From contig CAWBKB010000001.1 in the NCBI GenBank assembly GCA_963789265.1, positions 1,536,001 through 1,600,000 of the forward strand: DNA of 64,000 nt. The letters run 5' to 3'. The notes beneath the pieces were generated by a model. It made no database searches. It was not told where the DNA came from and saw only the letters and a program-made list of their open reading frames with translations. A program made the translations under genes and the position numbers. This DNA comes from an uncultured delta proteobacterium. Lineage in GTDB: Bacteria; Desulfobacterota; Desulfomonilia; Desulfomonilales; Desulfomonilaceae. Numbering within the stretch: position 1 is the first letter of the stretch; each line of letters opens with the position of its first letter. Shown in pieces: positions 62,926-64,000 of the stretch.

Positions 62926-63783
62926 TTACGAAAATTCTTCGGAATGATGCACTCTTGGGGTAGCACTCTCAGCAGAAGAGGGTTTGCCTGATAGGATATC
63001 CAGCAAGTCTCCATGAACAAGGCCGTTGGTCGCTACAATACTGTCCGTATAGACATCGGTCTGCTTTCCGAGCCTGTCGGTCACCCATCCACCGGCCTCT
63101 TGCACTAACAGCATCCCTGCGGCCATATCCCAGGGCTTTAGTTTCAGCTCCCAAAAACCGTCCAGTCGGCCGCACGAAACATACGCCAAGTCGATGGCCG
63201 CCGATCCTACTCGTCGTATGCCTTGAACGCGCAGTAGTACCCGAGAAAACTCCGCCAGATTATTAATCGCTGAATAACTCCGATCATACGGGAACCCTGT
63301 GGCAATTAAGCTGTGGTCCAATCGGTCCGCTCGGGATACGCGCACCGAGCTGCCGTTGAGGAACGCTCCCCCATTTCTGACAGCCCAAAATTTTTCCATT
63401 CTGATTGGATCGTGAACAATGCCTGCCATGAGAATACCGTTGTGCATCAGAGCTACGGATACACTAAAGAATGGAATCCCGTGTGCAAAATTGACGGTCC
63501 CATCCAGCGGGTCCACCAGCCACAACCATGGTGAACCGGTGCTATCTGTACGCCTTTCTTCAGTCAGGATGTCATGATGTGGGAACTCGCCCCTGATGGC
63601 CTCGAGTATAATGTCCTCCGAAGCTCGATCCGCATCCGTGACTATATCGATTCCTCCGGGCCTGGAGTCCTTGAGGTCGATCTGAAATTTTCCCTCGTAA
63701 TACGACATGATCGCCAGTCCCGCCCGATTAGTCACGTCTTCAATAAATGGCACTATATCCTTGGGAATAAAGTCTTTTTCCAT
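62926..63783 (-). CDS. suhB: Inositol monophosphatase family protein
   Basis: VTDAD, DPLDGTVNF, GSAAIDL, LKPWDMAAG. Confidence 0.88.
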   Translation of the reverse strand: MEKDFIPKDIVPFIEDVTNRAGLAIMSYYEGKFQIDLKDSRPGGIDIVTDADRASEDIILEAIRGEFPHHDILTEERRTDSTGSPWLWLVDPLDGTVNFAHGIPFFSVSVALMHNGILMAGIVHDPIRMEKFWAVRNGGAFLNGSSVRVSRADRLDHSLIATGFPYDRSYSAINNLAEFSRVLLRVQGIRRVGSAAIDLAYVSCGRLDGFWELKLKPWDMAAGMLLVQEAGGWVTDRLGKQTDVYTDSIVATNGLVHGDLLDILSGKPSSAESATPRVHHSEEFS

Positions 63784-63949
63784 ATCAATTTCTCCTGAGG
63801 GAGGTTCATTGGGCCGTATCAAGATCCGTTGTTTCTTGCATTTGTAGATGGGAGCAGTATGCCACACCCCTGACGCTAAGCACTCGATTTCCCAGATACG
63901 TTTATGCGAGATTCCGGTGCGTGTGAGAGGAAACATCTCTGATCGGGTG

Positions 63950-64000
63950 CCACTGCTGGCTTGCCCAGCAGTGTTCTTCCAGTAGGCACTGCTGGGCAAG
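63950..64000. repeat. REP-like hairpin pair (truncated by window end)
   Basis: CACTGCTGGCTTGCCCAGCAGTG followed by CACTGCTGGGCAAG. Confidence 0.6.

Overview
Bacterial chromosomal window, probably from a Desulfomonile-like deltaproteobacterium (inferred from the 'DIRSGM..KYxLS' repeat + PilZ protein and the paralogous secreted beta-barrel-like genes). Positions 1-11.3 kb are the right part of an integrative element at the 3' end of tRNA-Phe. It carries an integrase, an excisionase-like gene, a second frameshifted tyrosine recombinase, a PD-(D/E)XK-like nuclease, an arsenite methyltransferase with an in-frame TGA plus a SECIS-like hairpin (probable selenoprotein) and a candidate sigma54-driven small RNA. 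The rest is metabolic and housekeeping: two MoxR ATPases, hemW, an ABC substrate-binding protein with an aryl-AMP ligase, ackA with a kinase-like/phosphotransacylase fusion, por subunits, bioF, suhB, tRNA-Gln and tRNA-fMet. Intergenic DNA is dense in nested small mobile repeats: three MITE families, REP/REPIN hairpins, an intact IS1182 inserted in a REP loop, an IS1380 relic and a recurrent TCCCGC..GCGGGA micro-palindrome inside unrelated repeats. A ~116-bp repeat follows each of four consecutive genes at 27-33.4 kb. Five genes carry 1-nt homopolymer frameshifts that may be sequencing artefacts. Family assignments come from motif recognition only; no searches were run.
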